DNA of 59,831 nt, filler included, from Candidatus Tectimicrobiota bacterium (GTDB lineage: Bacteria > JACPSX01), in the NCBI GenBank assembly GCA_016193065.1. It is 3 parts of 3 records of this genome, joined end to end, with 100 filler letters (N's around TTAATTAATTAA, not from the genome) between each part and the next. Parts side by side here need not be neighbours in the genome. Positions count along the whole stretch, not along the records: positions 1 to 23,662 come from JACPSX010000161.1; positions 23,763 to 45,212 come from JACPSX010000007.1; 1 more part is not named here. One strand, 5' to 3'. The translations under genes were made by a program, and so were the position numbers. The notes under the pieces were generated by a model. That model saw only the letters and a list, made by a program, of their open reading frames with translations, ran no database searches and had not been told where the DNA came from. This document shows positions 19,524 through 29,802 of the stretch, one piece after another. Position 1 is the stretch's first letter. Each line of letters starts with the position of its first letter.

Positions 19524-20801
19524 ATGAGCGCGACCGAGCCCGAAAGTCATTATCGCTGGGTGGTCACGTCCGCCTCCTTGGTTCTTGTGGCCCTCAGCTA
19601 CGGCTCTGCTTCTGCCTTCTCTGTCTTCCTGAAACCCCTGGTGGAAGAATTTGGCTGGCCCCGTGGAGCAGCTTCCCTGGCTTATTCGTTCAACATGGTG
19701 TGTTCTGGGCTATTCGCAATTGCCATGGGAGCTGTAGCCGATCGCTACGGCACCAGGCGTGTGGCCTTGCTGGGAATCACCTTCCTGGGCCTGGGGTTGA
19801 TCCTCTCCAGCCGAACCAGCCACTTGTGGCAACTCTATCTCTCTTTTGGCCTGGTGGCCGGAGGAATGGGATTTGGATCCCTCAACGCCCCACTCGTGGC
19901 AAACGTCACAGGCTGGTTTGATCGGAATCGAGGTCTGGCTACCTCCATAACCTTTTCAGGGACAGGCCTGGGTGTTATGGTGCTCTCTCCCCTGAGCCGT
20001 TACCTGATTACCACCTATGGCTGGCGAACCTCATTTCTTATTTTAGGGGTTCTATCCTGGACCATTGGTTTCCCTCTGGCCCTCCTCATCCGAACTCGTT
20101 TTTCTGCACACTTTGCCTCCACGAGCCAGGCGCTTGCTTCCGCAACGGCTCCGGACCCTCATGTCCCCGGGCCTCCCCTAAAGAACCGTCCGAACGGGGA
20201 ATTAAGCCAGCTCCTGTGGCGCATGAGGAGCGCCATTTTGTGCTGCTGCATCACCATGTCTATCCCGCTGGTCCATGTGGTGGCCTACGCCCAGGACCAG
20301 GGAATTCCCAAGATGGCAGCCGCCACCCTGCTGGGTGCTATGGGGGGCTTTGGATTTGTCGGCCGAATTCTTATGGGATTCGTTTCGGACCGGATTGGCG
20401 GGAGATCCACGCTCCTGCTGTGTTCCATCTTGCAGACTTCCGGCGTCCTTGGACTCCTCATGGCCCATGGTCTTGGGACCCTCTACTTGTTTGGCAGCCT
20501 TTTTGGCATTGGCTACGGCGGCCTCCTTCCGCAATATGCCGTCATTACACGCGAGGCGATGGGCACGAGGGTGATTGGCCGGACTTATGGAACCATCTCC
20601 CTGTTTGGTACCGGGGGAATGGCCATCGGCGGGGCTCTCGGCGGCTTCCTCTTCGACCTGAGCGGCACCTATTTGCTGCCGTTTGGCCTGGCCGTGTTGT
20701 CAGGAATTGCGAATATCCTGCTGGCCGTCTCGCTACTCCACATGAAAGTGGAGTCCTCACCCACCCCCGTCCTCCAGGCCAAGAGCCCGTCGCTCTCCTG
20801 A
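19524..20801 (+). CDS. MFS transporter
   Basis: About 12 TM helices; GAVADRYG and GFVSDRIG motif A repeats. Confidence 0.9.
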   Translation: MSATEPESHYRWVVTSASLVLVALSYGSASAFSVFLKPLVEEFGWPRGAASLAYSFNMVCSGLFAIAMGAVADRYGTRRVALLGITFLGLGLILSSRTSHLWQLYLSFGLVAGGMGFGSLNAPLVANVTGWFDRNRGLATSITFSGTGLGVMVLSPLSRYLITTYGWRTSFLILGVLSWTIGFPLALLIRTRFSAHFASTSQALASATAPDPHVPGPPLKNRPNGELSQLLWRMRSAILCCCITMSIPLVHVVAYAQDQGIPKMAAATLLGAMGGFGFVGRILMGFVSDRIGGRSTLLLCSILQTSGVLGLLMAHGLGTLYLFGSLFGIGYGGLLPQYAVITREAMGTRVIGRTYGTISLFGTGGMAIGGALGGFLFDLSGTYLLPFGLAVLSGIANILLAVSLLHMKVESSPTPVLQAKSPSLS

Positions 20802-20815
20802 CGAGGTGTGAGCCC

Positions 20816-21532
20816 TTGCCCTCTTTTCTGCCGCGCAGCTTCCAACCTGAGCTCATCGATGGGGAAGAATTTACGAACGAGGAGCTGGTCACCAGCTATC
20901 ACGAGATCGAGTGGGTAAACCGCTTTCTCGGAGGCACCCGAACCCTCACGAGCCATCTCTTTCCCTTATTGTCAGGAAAAAATCCCCCGCTCCAACTTGC
21001 CGACGTCGGATGCGGGAGTGCCGATATCCCGCTGCAGGTGCTGCAGTGGAGCCGAAAGATGGGGATTCCAGTCCGTCTCATCCTGGTGGATCGCAACTTT
21101 CATATCCTGCGCATCGTCAAGGAGCGCTTCGCCGGCTTTGCAGGAGTTCTGGTGGCCCAGGCAGACGCAAACCGACTCCCCTTCAAGCCGGGAAGTATTC
21201 ACATTCTCACGGCTTCCTTGCTGCTCCACCATTTCCCAACGGCTCAGGCCGTACAACTACTGCGCCATTTCCAGGAGATCTCCCGGGAGGCGATTCTCAT
21301 TAACGACCTGATCCGCGGCTGGATCCCTTATCTGAGCATTTCCCTGCTCAGCACTCTCTTTTCCCGCAGCCGTCTCGTCCGGAACGACGCTCCCCTCTCC
21401 GTTCGGCGGGGTTTTTCTCCGGGTGAGGTCCGCGCTCTGGCAGTGGCGGCGGGGGCCACCCGCTGGAAGTTCTCTCGCCACTTCCCCTACCGCTTCTGCC
21501 TCCTCATCGAGTTCGAGGAATCCAGGAAATGA
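20816..21532 (+). CDS. SAM-dependent methyltransferase domain protein
   Basis: ELID, VNRFLGG, DVGCGSAD, LLLHHF, INDL.R, DAPLSVRRGF; start approximate. Confidence 0.8.
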   Translation: MPSFLPRSFQPELIDGEEFTNEELVTSYHEIEWVNRFLGGTRTLTSHLFPLLSGKNPPLQLADVGCGSADIPLQVLQWSRKMGIPVRLILVDRNFHILRIVKERFAGFAGVLVAQADANRLPFKPGSIHILTASLLLHHFPTAQAVQLLRHFQEISREAILINDLIRGWIPYLSISLLSTLFSRSRLVRNDAPLSVRRGFSPGEVRALAVAAGATRWKFSRHFPYRFCLLIEFEESRK

Positions 21533-22722
21533 AGCGGGAAGTTCTCGTCGTTGGTGGCGGACCGGCCGGAGCGGCAACTTCGGCTCTGCTGGCTTGCAGA
21601 GGAATACCCGTCACGGTGATCGAAGCCCGGGATTTCCCCCGCTCCAAGCTCTGCGGAGATTTTATAAGCCCCGAGGCAAGAGCCATTCTGGCGGAATTGG
21701 GCCTTCTGGACGCGATCGACCGGGAGGCTTCGAAAATCACCGAGGCCTCCTTTTTTTCCCCGCAGGGAAGACAGGTCCGCATCCCCTTTCCGGAAAGGAG
21801 TCATGGCTTCGGTCTCAGCAGGAGTCGCCTCGACAGCCTCCTCCTGAACAAAGCTGCCGCGTGTGGGGCTGAGGTGCTAACCGGCATCCAGGCAACCGGA
21901 GTTCTCTGGGACCGGGGACGCATTTGCGGCGTTCGGGTACAAAGCTCTCGATCGAGGCAGGATCACACCTTTGAAGCCAGGTATCTCATCGCCGCCGACG
22001 GCCATCATTCTCGATTTCGGCGCTGGACCCGCCCTGACCAATTCCCCGGCAAGGAAGGCGATCTGGCCCTCCAGGCCCATTTCCATGGGGTTGAAGGCAG
22101 CCACGGGAGTGTGGATCTCTTTTTCTACCCGGGGGGCTATGCGGGTTTGGTCCACATCGAGGACGATCTCTGGAACCTCTGTCTACTGGTGCAGGCTAGA
22201 GACTACCTGCCCAGAGGGGCAAACCCGGACACGATTTTTGCCGCCACGGTCCTAAAGAACCCCGTGGCCCGGGAAAGGCTTCTTGGCGCCCGCCGGGTGA
22301 GCCGCTGGCAAGGGATGAGCCACCTGAACTGGGGGGTTTATAGTCCCTCCCGATCCGGTCTCCTCTTTGTGGGAGATGCCGCCGGGACCATTCCCCCATT
22401 CCTAGGAGAAGGAGTCACCATGGCCCTGCGAGGAGGGCAGATCGCGGCTTCAGTGCTGGAGAATACCCTGGGGGTGGGGAGCAAAATAGGCGGAACGTCG
22501 CCGGAATCTATTTACGGTCGAATCTGGAGCCGGGAACTCCGCCGCCCGTACCGGCTTGCCACGCTGTTGTCGTTCGGAACCCGCTCGCCTCTTCTCAGAA
22601 AATTCCTTCTGAGCGGGCTAGCCCGCAGCCCCTCCCTGGCCAGCTTGCTGCTGGCCGCTACCCGTAGCACCGCCTTTCGAGCCCGAGCCCGGCCCGGCCG
22701 GGGACTGCCTCAGATTCCGTAG
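21529..22722 (+). CDS. FAD-dependent oxidoreductase (geranylgeranyl reductase/halogenase-like)
   Basis: VVGGGPAG, FPRSKLCGD, AADG, VGDAAG..PP..GEG. Confidence 0.85.
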   Translation: MKREVLVVGGGPAGAATSALLACRGIPVTVIEARDFPRSKLCGDFISPEARAILAELGLLDAIDREASKITEASFFSPQGRQVRIPFPERSHGFGLSRSRLDSLLLNKAAACGAEVLTGIQATGVLWDRGRICGVRVQSSRSRQDHTFEARYLIAADGHHSRFRRWTRPDQFPGKEGDLALQAHFHGVEGSHGSVDLFFYPGGYAGLVHIEDDLWNLCLLVQARDYLPRGANPDTIFAATVLKNPVARERLLGARRVSRWQGMSHLNWGVYSPSRSGLLFVGDAAGTIPPFLGEGVTMALRGGQIAASVLENTLGVGSKIGGTSPESIYGRIWSRELRRPYRLATLLSFGTRSPLLRKFLLSGLARSPSLASLLLAATRSTAFRARARPGRGLPQIP

Positions 22723-23265
22723 AGCCTGAAGCCAGAAATCCGGGGGTGGGATGTCCCCGGCATGGCTGGAGCGGTATGCCGCGCGGATTACTCCTTGCCG
22801 GTCCACAAGAAAACCACCGGGGAGTTGCCGCACCGGGCCTTCGGGACGGCCCCAGCGAGCCCCAAGGAGAAAAGCCCGAACCCCCTTTCCCCACACAGGG
22901 AGTCCCAGGATTTGCCAGAATCCCCCCAGGGGTAAATGGTAGGCCTGAAACGCTTTCCCTTCCGGGTCGGCCAGGCAAGGAAAGGCCACGGCCTGATCCT
23001 GGCAAAACGCTTCAGTTCTTTGCGGGTCTGCTAAGGATACAGCCACAACCTCTGCACCCAGACGCCGGATTCCCCCGTAGGAAAACCGCAACTCGCCGAG
23101 TTGCCGGCGGCAGAAGATTCAGCCGAAGTGGCGCAGGAAAAGGAGCAGGACAGGGCTTTGTTTCCAAAAAAAGGAAAGGGGGATCACCTCTCCTTCTTTC
23201 CATTGCAGTCTGATATCGGGAGCCTGATCTCCACAACCTGGAGGGTGACCCGGCAGCGGTTTCAT
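22618..23265 (-). CDS. AhpC/TSA (peroxiredoxin-like, SelL/SelU-related) protein, predicted selenoprotein (UxxC)
   Basis: Hand translation MKPLPG...APDIRL...PVLLLFLRHFG-TGA-IFCRRQLGEL is in frame with the 157 aa ORF (LADP, QLPGGFLVD); TGA at 23121-23119 is codon 49. Confidence 0.8.
23088..23118 (-). promoter_or_regulatory. Putative bacterial SECIS element
   Basis: Perfect GCAACTC-GGC-GAGTTGC hairpin; G-first loop 21 nt after UGA. Confidence 0.55.
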
Positions 23266-23286
23266 AACCCCTTCTTCTCAAATAAC

Positions 23287-23662
23287 TTAGCGAGCCGGAA
23301 AGATCAGTGAGGTTGCTTCCCTGCTGCGGGACTGCTTGAGCTTCTCGACCATTTCCGGCGCAGCAGACTCCACATAACCCAAGAAACCAGTCAGGAAACG
23401 GTTGGAATGGTGATAATCGGGAGAGAAGGCTTTTAAGTTTTCCAGGAGCTTGTCAAGTACCCGCCTCCCCATTTCCAGATCGATGGGTTGCTGGTCGAGA
23501 ATGGCCTTCAAATCTTTCCAGATCTCCTCCCCGGCAGCCAGACCGCTCACGCCGGGGATCGTGACCGGGCTCAGTTGCCTGCGGATCTCCCCCAGAGCGG
23601 ATAGGACCTCCCAGTCCTGTCCGCCCGACCGGCGGGAAAAATGAACATAGAACAGGTTGTCG
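23287..23662 (-). CDS. Hypothetical protein, 5'-truncated by the contig end
   Basis: Frame is open from the gap (DNLFYVHFSRR...) to the stop at 23287. Confidence 0.5.
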
Positions 23663-23762
23663 NNNNNNNNNNNNNNNNNNNNNNNNNNNNNNNNNNNNNN
23701 NNNNNNTTAATTAATTAANNNNNNNNNNNNNNNNNNNNNNNNNNNNNNNNNNNNNNNNNNNN
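23663..23762. other. Artificial contig linker (N-run with TTAATTAATTAA)
   Basis: 100 nt N spacer with an all-frame stop linker. Confidence 0.95.
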
Positions 23763-23874
23763 CTAGGGGGCACACCCGGTCTCCAAGAGAAAAGGGGCTG
23801 GTGGGTCGCTGCGGGAGGCGTGAAGCGAAGGGTAGGCAGCAGCCCCGAGAAGTTCAAGTCAGGTAGGTGGGCAG

Positions 23875-25545
23875 ATGTTTGATCCGGAATCTTTGAAGAG
23901 GCTGAAGGCCGAGCGGAAGCGCTGGGAGGAAAAGGTGGAGAACGCCCTCGGTCAATCACCGGAGAAGCGGCGGGAAATTCTCACCTCCTCGGGCATCCCG
24001 GTCGAGCGGATCTATACACCCGAATCCACCGCGAAGCAGGACTACCTCCAAGACCAGGGCTTTCCCGGGGAGTACCCCTACACCCGGGGAGTGCAGACCA
24101 CGATGTACCGGGGTCGCCTGTGGACCATGCGCCAGTACGCAGGCTTTGCCAGCGCGGAGGAATCAAACCAGCGCTACCGCTACCTCCTCTCCCAGGGCCA
24201 GACGGGGTTATCCGTGGCCTTTGATCTCCCCACCCAGATGGGGTACGACTCCGATCACCCCATGGTCCGGGGAGAAGTGGGGCGGGTCGGGGTGGCGATT
24301 TCCTCCCTGCAGGACATGGAGATTTTGCTGGCGGAGATTCCTCTGGAGAAGATCAGCATCTCCATGACGATCAACGCCACGGCCGCCATCTTGCTAGGGA
24401 TGGTGATCGCCGTGGCCGAGCGGCAGGGGGTGGAGACCCGCAATCTCCAGGGGACCCTGCAGAACGACCTGCTCAAGGAATACGTGGCCCGCGGCACGTA
24501 CATCTACCCTCCGGAGCCTTCCCTGCGGATCAGCACGGACATCATCTCCTTTTGTCAGGAGCACATGCCCCGCTGGAACCCCATCAGCATCAGCGGCTAC
24601 CACATGCGGGAGGCTGGCTGCACGGCGGTCCAGGAGGTGGCCTTCACGCTGGCGAACGGCATCGCCTACGTGGAAGCGGCGCGGAAGGCGGGCTTGGCGG
24701 TGGACGATTTCGCCCCCCGCCTGTCTTTCTTCTTCAACGTGCATATGAACTTTCTGGAGGAGGTGGCCAAATTCCGGGCCGCCCGGCGCTTGTGGGCCCG
24801 GATCATGAAAGAGCGCTTCGGAGCGCGGGACGAGAACTCCTGCCGGCTGCGCTTCCATGCCCAGACGGCGGGCTGCACCTTGACGGCCCAGCAGCCCGAC
24901 AACAACGTGGTTCGTGTGACCTTGCAGGCCCTGGCCGCGGTTCTGGGCGGCGTCCAATCCCTGCACACGAACTCCAAGGACGAGGCCCTGGCTCTCCCTT
25001 CCGCCGAGGCGGCTCTCCTGGCCCTGCGCACCCAGCAAATCATCGCTTACGAGAGCGGGGTGGCGGACACGGCGGACCCGCTGGGCGGCTCCTACGCCGT
25101 GGAGGCCCTGACCTCGGAAATCGAGGAGCGGGCCCGGGATTACTTGCAGCGCATCGACCGGATGGGAGGATCTTTAAAAGCCATCTCCTTCATGCAAAGG
25201 GAGATTCAGGAAGCGGCCTACCGGACTCAGAAGGCCGTGGAGCGCAAGGAGGAGATCGTAGTCGGGGTCAACGAGTTTGTTTCTGCCGATGATGGAATCC
25301 ATGAGACGCTGCAGATTGATCCCCAGGTCGAGGAGCGCCAGCACCGCAAGCTGGCCGCCCTGCGAGCAGGCCGGGATGGGGCAGCGGTGGCCCGGGCGCT
25401 GGATGAACTCAACGCTGCAGCCAAAACAGGCGCAAATCTGGTCCCGCCGATCTTGCAGGCCGTCACGGTCTATGCTACTTTGGGTGAGATAGCTGACTGC
25501 CTCCGCTCGGTCTTCGGAGTCTACCGGGAACAGGTCGTCCTCTAA
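23875..25545 (+). CDS. Methylmalonyl-CoA mutase, N-terminal (substrate-binding) subunit
   Basis: [14 protein letters not shown] (Tyr at the specificity position), [32 protein letters not shown]; no B12-binding domain. Confidence 0.9.
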   Translation: MFDPESLKRLKAERKRWEEKVENALGQSPEKRREILTSSGIPVERIYTPESTAKQDYLQDQGFPGEYPYTRGVQTTMYRGRLWTMRQYAGFASAEESNQRYRYLLSQGQTGLSVAFDLPTQMGYDSDHPMVRGEVGRVGVAISSLQDMEILLAEIPLEKISISMTINATAAILLGMVIAVAERQGVETRNLQGTLQNDLLKEYVARGTYIYPPEPSLRISTDIISFCQEHMPRWNPISISGYHMREAGCTAVQEVAFTLANGIAYVEAARKAGLAVDDFAPRLSFFFNVHMNFLEEVAKFRAARRLWARIMKERFGARDENSCRLRFHAQTAGCTLTAQQPDNNVVRVTLQALAAVLGGVQSLHTNSKDEALALPSAEAALLALRTQQIIAYESGVADTADPLGGSYAVEALTSEIEERARDYLQRIDRMGGSLKAISFMQREIQEAAYRTQKAVERKEEIVVGVNEFVSADDGIHETLQIDPQVEERQHRKLAALRAGRDGAAVARALDELNAAAKTGANLVPPILQAVTVYATLGEIADCLRSVFGVYREQVVL

Positions 25546-25658
25546 GTCGTCAGAAGAGTCCGGTCCGCGCTGCGCGACAAAGATGCCCCTCGCCGCACCC
25601 AGAGGGTACCCGGGGGGAGAGGGATGGGTGAGGGGGCCATGGAGAGAAGCGAAACACC

Positions 25659-28307
25659 ATGACGGGAAACGAAATCAGGGAGAGCTTTCTGCGCTATTTT
25701 GAGTCCCAGGGTCACACCCGGGTCGCCAGCGCCTCCCTGATCCCCCGCGGAGATCCCACGCTACTTTTTACCAATGCCGGCATGGTGCCCTTCAAGGACG
25801 TCTTCCTTGGGGTTGAGATGCGCCCCTACGTGCGGGCCGCCTCTTCCCAGAAGTGCCTGCGGGTGAGCGGCAAGCACAACGACCTGGAAACCGTGGGCCG
25901 CACGGGGCGCCACCACACCTTCTTCGAGATGCTGGGGAACTTTTCCTTTGGAGATTATTTCAAGAAAGAGGCCATCGAGTTTGCCTGGGAATTCATGACC
26001 CGCACGGTGGGTCTGCCCGCCGAGCGTCTCTGGATCACGCTCTTCCGGGAAGACGATGAGGCCTACGACCTCTGGCACCGGCACATGGGCATTCCCTCCG
26101 GCAAGATCGTCCGTTTGGATGAGAAGGACAACTTCTGGTCCATGGGGGAGACGGGCCCCTGCGGCCCGTGCTCGGAGATCCACATCGATCAGGGGGAAGG
26201 GATCGGCTGCGGACGCCCCACCTGCGGCGTGGATTGTGATTGCGACCGTTTCCTCGAACTGTGGAATCTGGTCTTCATGCAGTACAACCGGGATCATTCC
26301 GGGACCTCGACGCCTCTGCCCAGACCCAGCGTGGATACGGGTATGGGGCTCGAGCGCATGTGCGCGGTCCTGCAGGGTCGCACCAGCAACTACGACACGG
26401 ATCTCCTGCGGCCCCTGATCGAGGCGGTGACGGAGCTCTCCGGTCAACCTTATGCGGAGGATTCCCCCAGAGCCGTCTCCTTCCGCGTCATCGCAGACCA
26501 CATCCGGGCCCTCACCTTCCTCATTAGCGACAGCATCCTCCCCTCCAACGAGGGTAGGGGCTACGTCTTGCGCCGGATCATGCGCAGAGCGGCCCGGCAT
26601 GGCAAGATTCTGGGGCTTCACGAGCCCTTCCTGCACAAGCTGGTAGGCAACGTGGTGGCCATCATGGAAAAGGGTTATCCGGAGCTCCACCAATCCAAGC
26701 AGACCATCGAGCGCGTGATCCTCCACGAGGAGGAACGATTCGTGCTCACCTTGGAGCAGGGGATGCGACTTCTGGAAGAGGTGATGGCGGAGAAGAAGCG
26801 CAAGGGCGAGCGGCACATTTCCGGAGAGACGACCTTTAAGCTCTACGATACATATGGTTTTCCCCTGGACCTGGTTCAGGACATCGCTGCGGATGCGGGT
26901 TTTAGCGTAGATGAGGCCGGCTTCCAGACCGCCATGGAGCGGCAGCGGGAGCAGGCCCGGGCTTCCTGGAAAGGGAGCGGGGCCGAAGGGGTCAAGGAAG
27001 TTTACCGGCGGTTCTTGAGAGCAGAAGACTCCTTCGTCGGCTACGACCATCTGGAGATAGAGACGATCGTCTTAACTCTGCTCAAGGGGGAAACCCCGGT
27101 GGATGTTGCCCGCGAGGGGGAAGAGGTCGATGTGATTCTGGAAAAGACCCCGTTTTATGGCGAATCCGGCGGCCAGTTGGGAGATGCGGGGCAGATCTGG
27201 AATCCAGATCAGGGCTTGCTGGCCGAGGTTCTAGACACCAAGAAGCCGATTCCGGGCCTCCACGTGCATAAGGTAAAGGTCCTCCAGGGAGTGTTGCGGA
27301 AAGATCAAGTCGTTCATGCCCGGGTGGACGGAGAGCGCCGCGGGCAGACGGTTCTCAACCACTCGGCTACTCACATCCTCCACTCGGTGCTCAGAGAAGT
27401 TCTCGGAGACCACGTCAAGCAGGCGGGCTCCCTGGTGGCGCCGGACCGCCTGCGCTTTGACTTCACCCACTTCTCCCGGCTCACGGAAAGAGAGGTCGAG
27501 CGTATCGAAGAGCAAGTGAACAGCCACGTGCGCGAGAACGTCCGGGTGGAAAGCGGTCAGATGCCGCTGGAGGAGGCCCTGTCCCAGGGAGCCATGGCCC
27601 TCTTTGGTGAGAAGTACGGCCAGATTGTCCGGGTGGTCCAGATGGGGGATTTCAGCCAGGAGCTTTGCGGCGGTACCCACGCAAAAGCAACGGGAGACAT
27701 CGGATTCTTCAAGATCCTTCAGGAAGGGGGAGTTGCTGCAGGTGTGCGCCGCGTTGAGGCCCTGACCGGCAGCGGCGCCCACCAGTTCGTGCGCCGGGAA
27801 GAGGATCTTCTCTCCGAGATCCGTGACCTCCTGAAGGCCAAGCCGTTTGACGAAGAGGACAAAGTTCGCCGCCTCGTGGAAAGGGTCCGGGAGCTTGAGC
27901 GCGAGAACCGGGAGATCAAGGGACGGGCCTTGCAGGCCAGTGCCGAGGATCTGTTCTCCCAGGTGCGGACCTTGCAGGGGGTGAAGGTTCTTGCCGTCCA
28001 GATCGAGGAATCGGATCCCAAGGCTCTGCGGACCTTTGTGGATAACGCCAAAGACCGTCTGGGTTCCGGTATCGTGGTTGTAGGAGCCGTGAGCGACGGC
28101 AAGGTCTCCCTGGTGGGAGGAGTCACCAAGGATCTCACCCATCGCTTTCATGCCGGAAACATTTTGAAGGAAGTTTCCGCCTTGGTCGAGGGAACCGGCG
28201 GCGGGCGTCCGGACATGGCCCAGGCCGGCGGCAAAAACCCCTCCCGCCTCAAAGAAGCCCTGCAAAAGGTCTACGAGATCATCGAAAAGCAGGGTCCCCC
28301 TTCCTGA
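25659..28307 (+). CDS. alaS: Alanine--tRNA ligase
   Basis: TLLFTNAGM, HHTFFEMLGNFSFGDYFK, DTGMGLER, NHSATH, ELCGGTH, GGGRPDMAQAGG. Confidence 0.98.
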   Translation: MTGNEIRESFLRYFESQGHTRVASASLIPRGDPTLLFTNAGMVPFKDVFLGVEMRPYVRAASSQKCLRVSGKHNDLETVGRTGRHHTFFEMLGNFSFGDYFKKEAIEFAWEFMTRTVGLPAERLWITLFREDDEAYDLWHRHMGIPSGKIVRLDEKDNFWSMGETGPCGPCSEIHIDQGEGIGCGRPTCGVDCDCDRFLELWNLVFMQYNRDHSGTSTPLPRPSVDTGMGLERMCAVLQGRTSNYDTDLLRPLIEAVTELSGQPYAEDSPRAVSFRVIADHIRALTFLISDSILPSNEGRGYVLRRIMRRAARHGKILGLHEPFLHKLVGNVVAIMEKGYPELHQSKQTIERVILHEEERFVLTLEQGMRLLEEVMAEKKRKGERHISGETTFKLYDTYGFPLDLVQDIAADAGFSVDEAGFQTAMERQREQARASWKGSGAEGVKEVYRRFLRAEDSFVGYDHLEIETIVLTLLKGETPVDVAREGEEVDVILEKTPFYGESGGQLGDAGQIWNPDQGLLAEVLDTKKPIPGLHVHKVKVLQGVLRKDQVVHARVDGERRGQTVLNHSATHILHSVLREVLGDHVKQAGSLVAPDRLRFDFTHFSRLTEREVERIEEQVNSHVRENVRVESGQMPLEEALSQGAMALFGEKYGQIVRVVQMGDFSQELCGGTHAKATGDIGFFKILQEGGVAAGVRRVEALTGSGAHQFVRREEDLLSEIRDLLKAKPFDEEDKVRRLVERVRELERENREIKGRALQASAEDLFSQVRTLQGVKVLAVQIEESDPKALRTFVDNAKDRLGSGIVVVGAVSDGKVSLVGGVTKDLTHRFHAGNILKEVSALVEGTGGGRPDMAQAGGKNPSRLKEALQKVYEIIEKQGPPS

Positions 28308-28326
28308 AGAAATCTGTCCGCTGGAC

Positions 28327-28361
28327 TTGACACTTCTAGTAGGAATTCATACACTACTGGT
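28327..28361 (+). promoter_or_regulatory. Sigma70-type promoter for vapBC with overlapping inverted repeat (probable leaderless transcript)
   Basis: TTGACA (28327)-17 nt-TACACT (28350), ATG 6 nt later, no RBS; CTAGTAG...CTACTGG imperfect inverted repeat. Confidence 0.7.
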
Positions 28362-28592
28362 ATGAAAACAACCGTTTCGGAAAAAGGCCAAGTCACGATT
28401 CCCAAACCCCTGCGGGATCGCCTAGGGATTCGCCCGGGTCACGTCCTGGATTTCCAGGAAGAACGGGGGCGTCTGGTCGCCACTAAGGCCACTCCGCAAG
28501 ATCCGTTGCAGAGCGTGTACGGGATCCTCAAGCTGGGCCGTTCGACGGACGACTTGATTAAGGCTTTACGTGGCACAGCGGACGCGACGTGA
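28362..28592 (+). CDS. AbrB/MazE/SpoVT-family antitoxin
   Basis: KGQVTIPKPLRDRLGI. Confidence 0.9.
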   Translation: MKTTVSEKGQVTIPKPLRDRLGIRPGHVLDFQEERGRLVATKATPQDPLQSVYGILKLGRSTDDLIKALRGTADAT

Positions 28593-28999
28593 TCACGGCC
28601 GTTGATACCAATGTCCTGCTGGATGTGTTTGGAGCGGATCACACCTACGGGGCCCGATCGAGAAAGGCCATCGGTTCCTGCCTGACCGAGGGTGGCCTCG
28701 TAGCCTGTGAAGTGGTTTGGGCAGAGGTTGCGAGCTTCTTCCCTTCCCCCGATGCCGCACAAGATGCCATGGACCGCATGGGAGTGGAGTTCAGCCCCAT
28801 CGAAGTGAAGACGGCACTGGCGGCCAGCACCGCTTGGAAAGCCTATCGAAGTCGTGGTGGGCGGCGCGATCGCGTGGTGGCGGATTTTCTAATCGGCGCG
28901 CACGCACTCTCTCAGGCCGATCGCCTACTCACACGGGACCGAGGCTTCTACCGGGCCTACTTTTCCCGCCTTCGGGTACTTGACCCCACGAGAGGATAG
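28589..28999 (+). CDS. vapC: VapC-family PIN toxin
   Basis: AVDTNVLLD, ADFLIGAHA, LLTRD. Confidence 0.9.
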   Translation: MITAVDTNVLLDVFGADHTYGARSRKAIGSCLTEGGLVACEVVWAEVASFFPSPDAAQDAMDRMGVEFSPIEVKTALAASTAWKAYRSRGGRRDRVVADFLIGAHALSQADRLLTRDRGFYRAYFSRLRVLDPTRG

Positions 29000-29320
29000 C
29001 CAGGGAAAGAAAGGGGCAGCCTCGCCTGTCCCCACGATTGGATGCCATCTCCGCTGTGCCGACGGCCACGTCGCGTGACAAAACTTGATTTTTGGACCCG
29101 TTATTTCACCCGGGTAAAACAAGGTCCCCCAGGGCCTTCCTTATTTCACAAAACTGGCAAAGGATGAAACAAGACCGCCGGTTTAAGGTCTCAACGGAGA
29201 GGTCTGAGCGCCGGGGGGTTACAGGCTGGAAGTCGAGTGGAGCGAACGGTGAGGGAATTTAGCGGGTCTGTTTCGGGAAGCACCTTGATTGTTTTGGCCC
29301 CTCGGCGCTCAGACGGGCTG

Positions 29321-29509
29321 CTACTCATCTTTCAGCATCGAACGAATCTGCTCTCGGAGTTCAGCCGTGTTCTCGTGTCCGTGCTCCTGAACCGCATGCC
29401 GGACAGCGACCGTGAGCACCTCCTCTTCCGTCCCCGCGATGGCCAGAGTGCATTGCTTCTCACTGGGGAATGCCCTGCAATCAATGAACTTCCGATTCAT
29501 GCTTGCCAT
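29321..29509 (-). CDS. DUF1059-family small protein
   Basis: DCR.FPSE..C..AIAGTEEEV.....HAV.EHG; RBS GGGAGGGG. Confidence 0.8.
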   Translation of the reverse strand: MASMNRKFIDCRAFPSEKQCTLAIAGTEEEVLTVAVRHAVQEHGHENTAELREQIRSMLKDE

Positions 29510-29802
29510 ACGTTTCACCCCCTCCCTTGGATCGAACGTCTTTGGAGCACCTTCCCACCATGCCTCGAGCTTCTTCCGCTGACCCGATCCGTTGTGAATC
29601 GGGCCACAGGAAGGGTGCACCAAAGTCCTGCGATTTGACCTATGTCACAATGTGGCTTGACAATTACCCAACGACTGGCCTGCAGTCAATACCTAATTTT
29701 GTATATTTGAGGGGTCATCGGGGCTTGCGCATGGATCCGGATCCGAATATCCTCTATCCTCGGTTAGGAGGCGGCCCCAGGGTTGAATAGGAGGAAGAAC
29801 TT

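Noticed and set aside
23663-23762. TTAATTAATTAA palindrome inside an N-run (also 45213-45312)
   Set aside because: Artificial six-frame stop linker joining contigs; gene adjacency across it is meaningless.
23763-23874. Possible cobalamin riboswitch upstream of the mutase
   Set aside because: No B12-box consensus is visible and the region abuts the contig end.
29225-29320. attC-like fragment downstream of the DUF1059 gene
   Set aside because: Too degenerate; no matching core/inverse-core pair.
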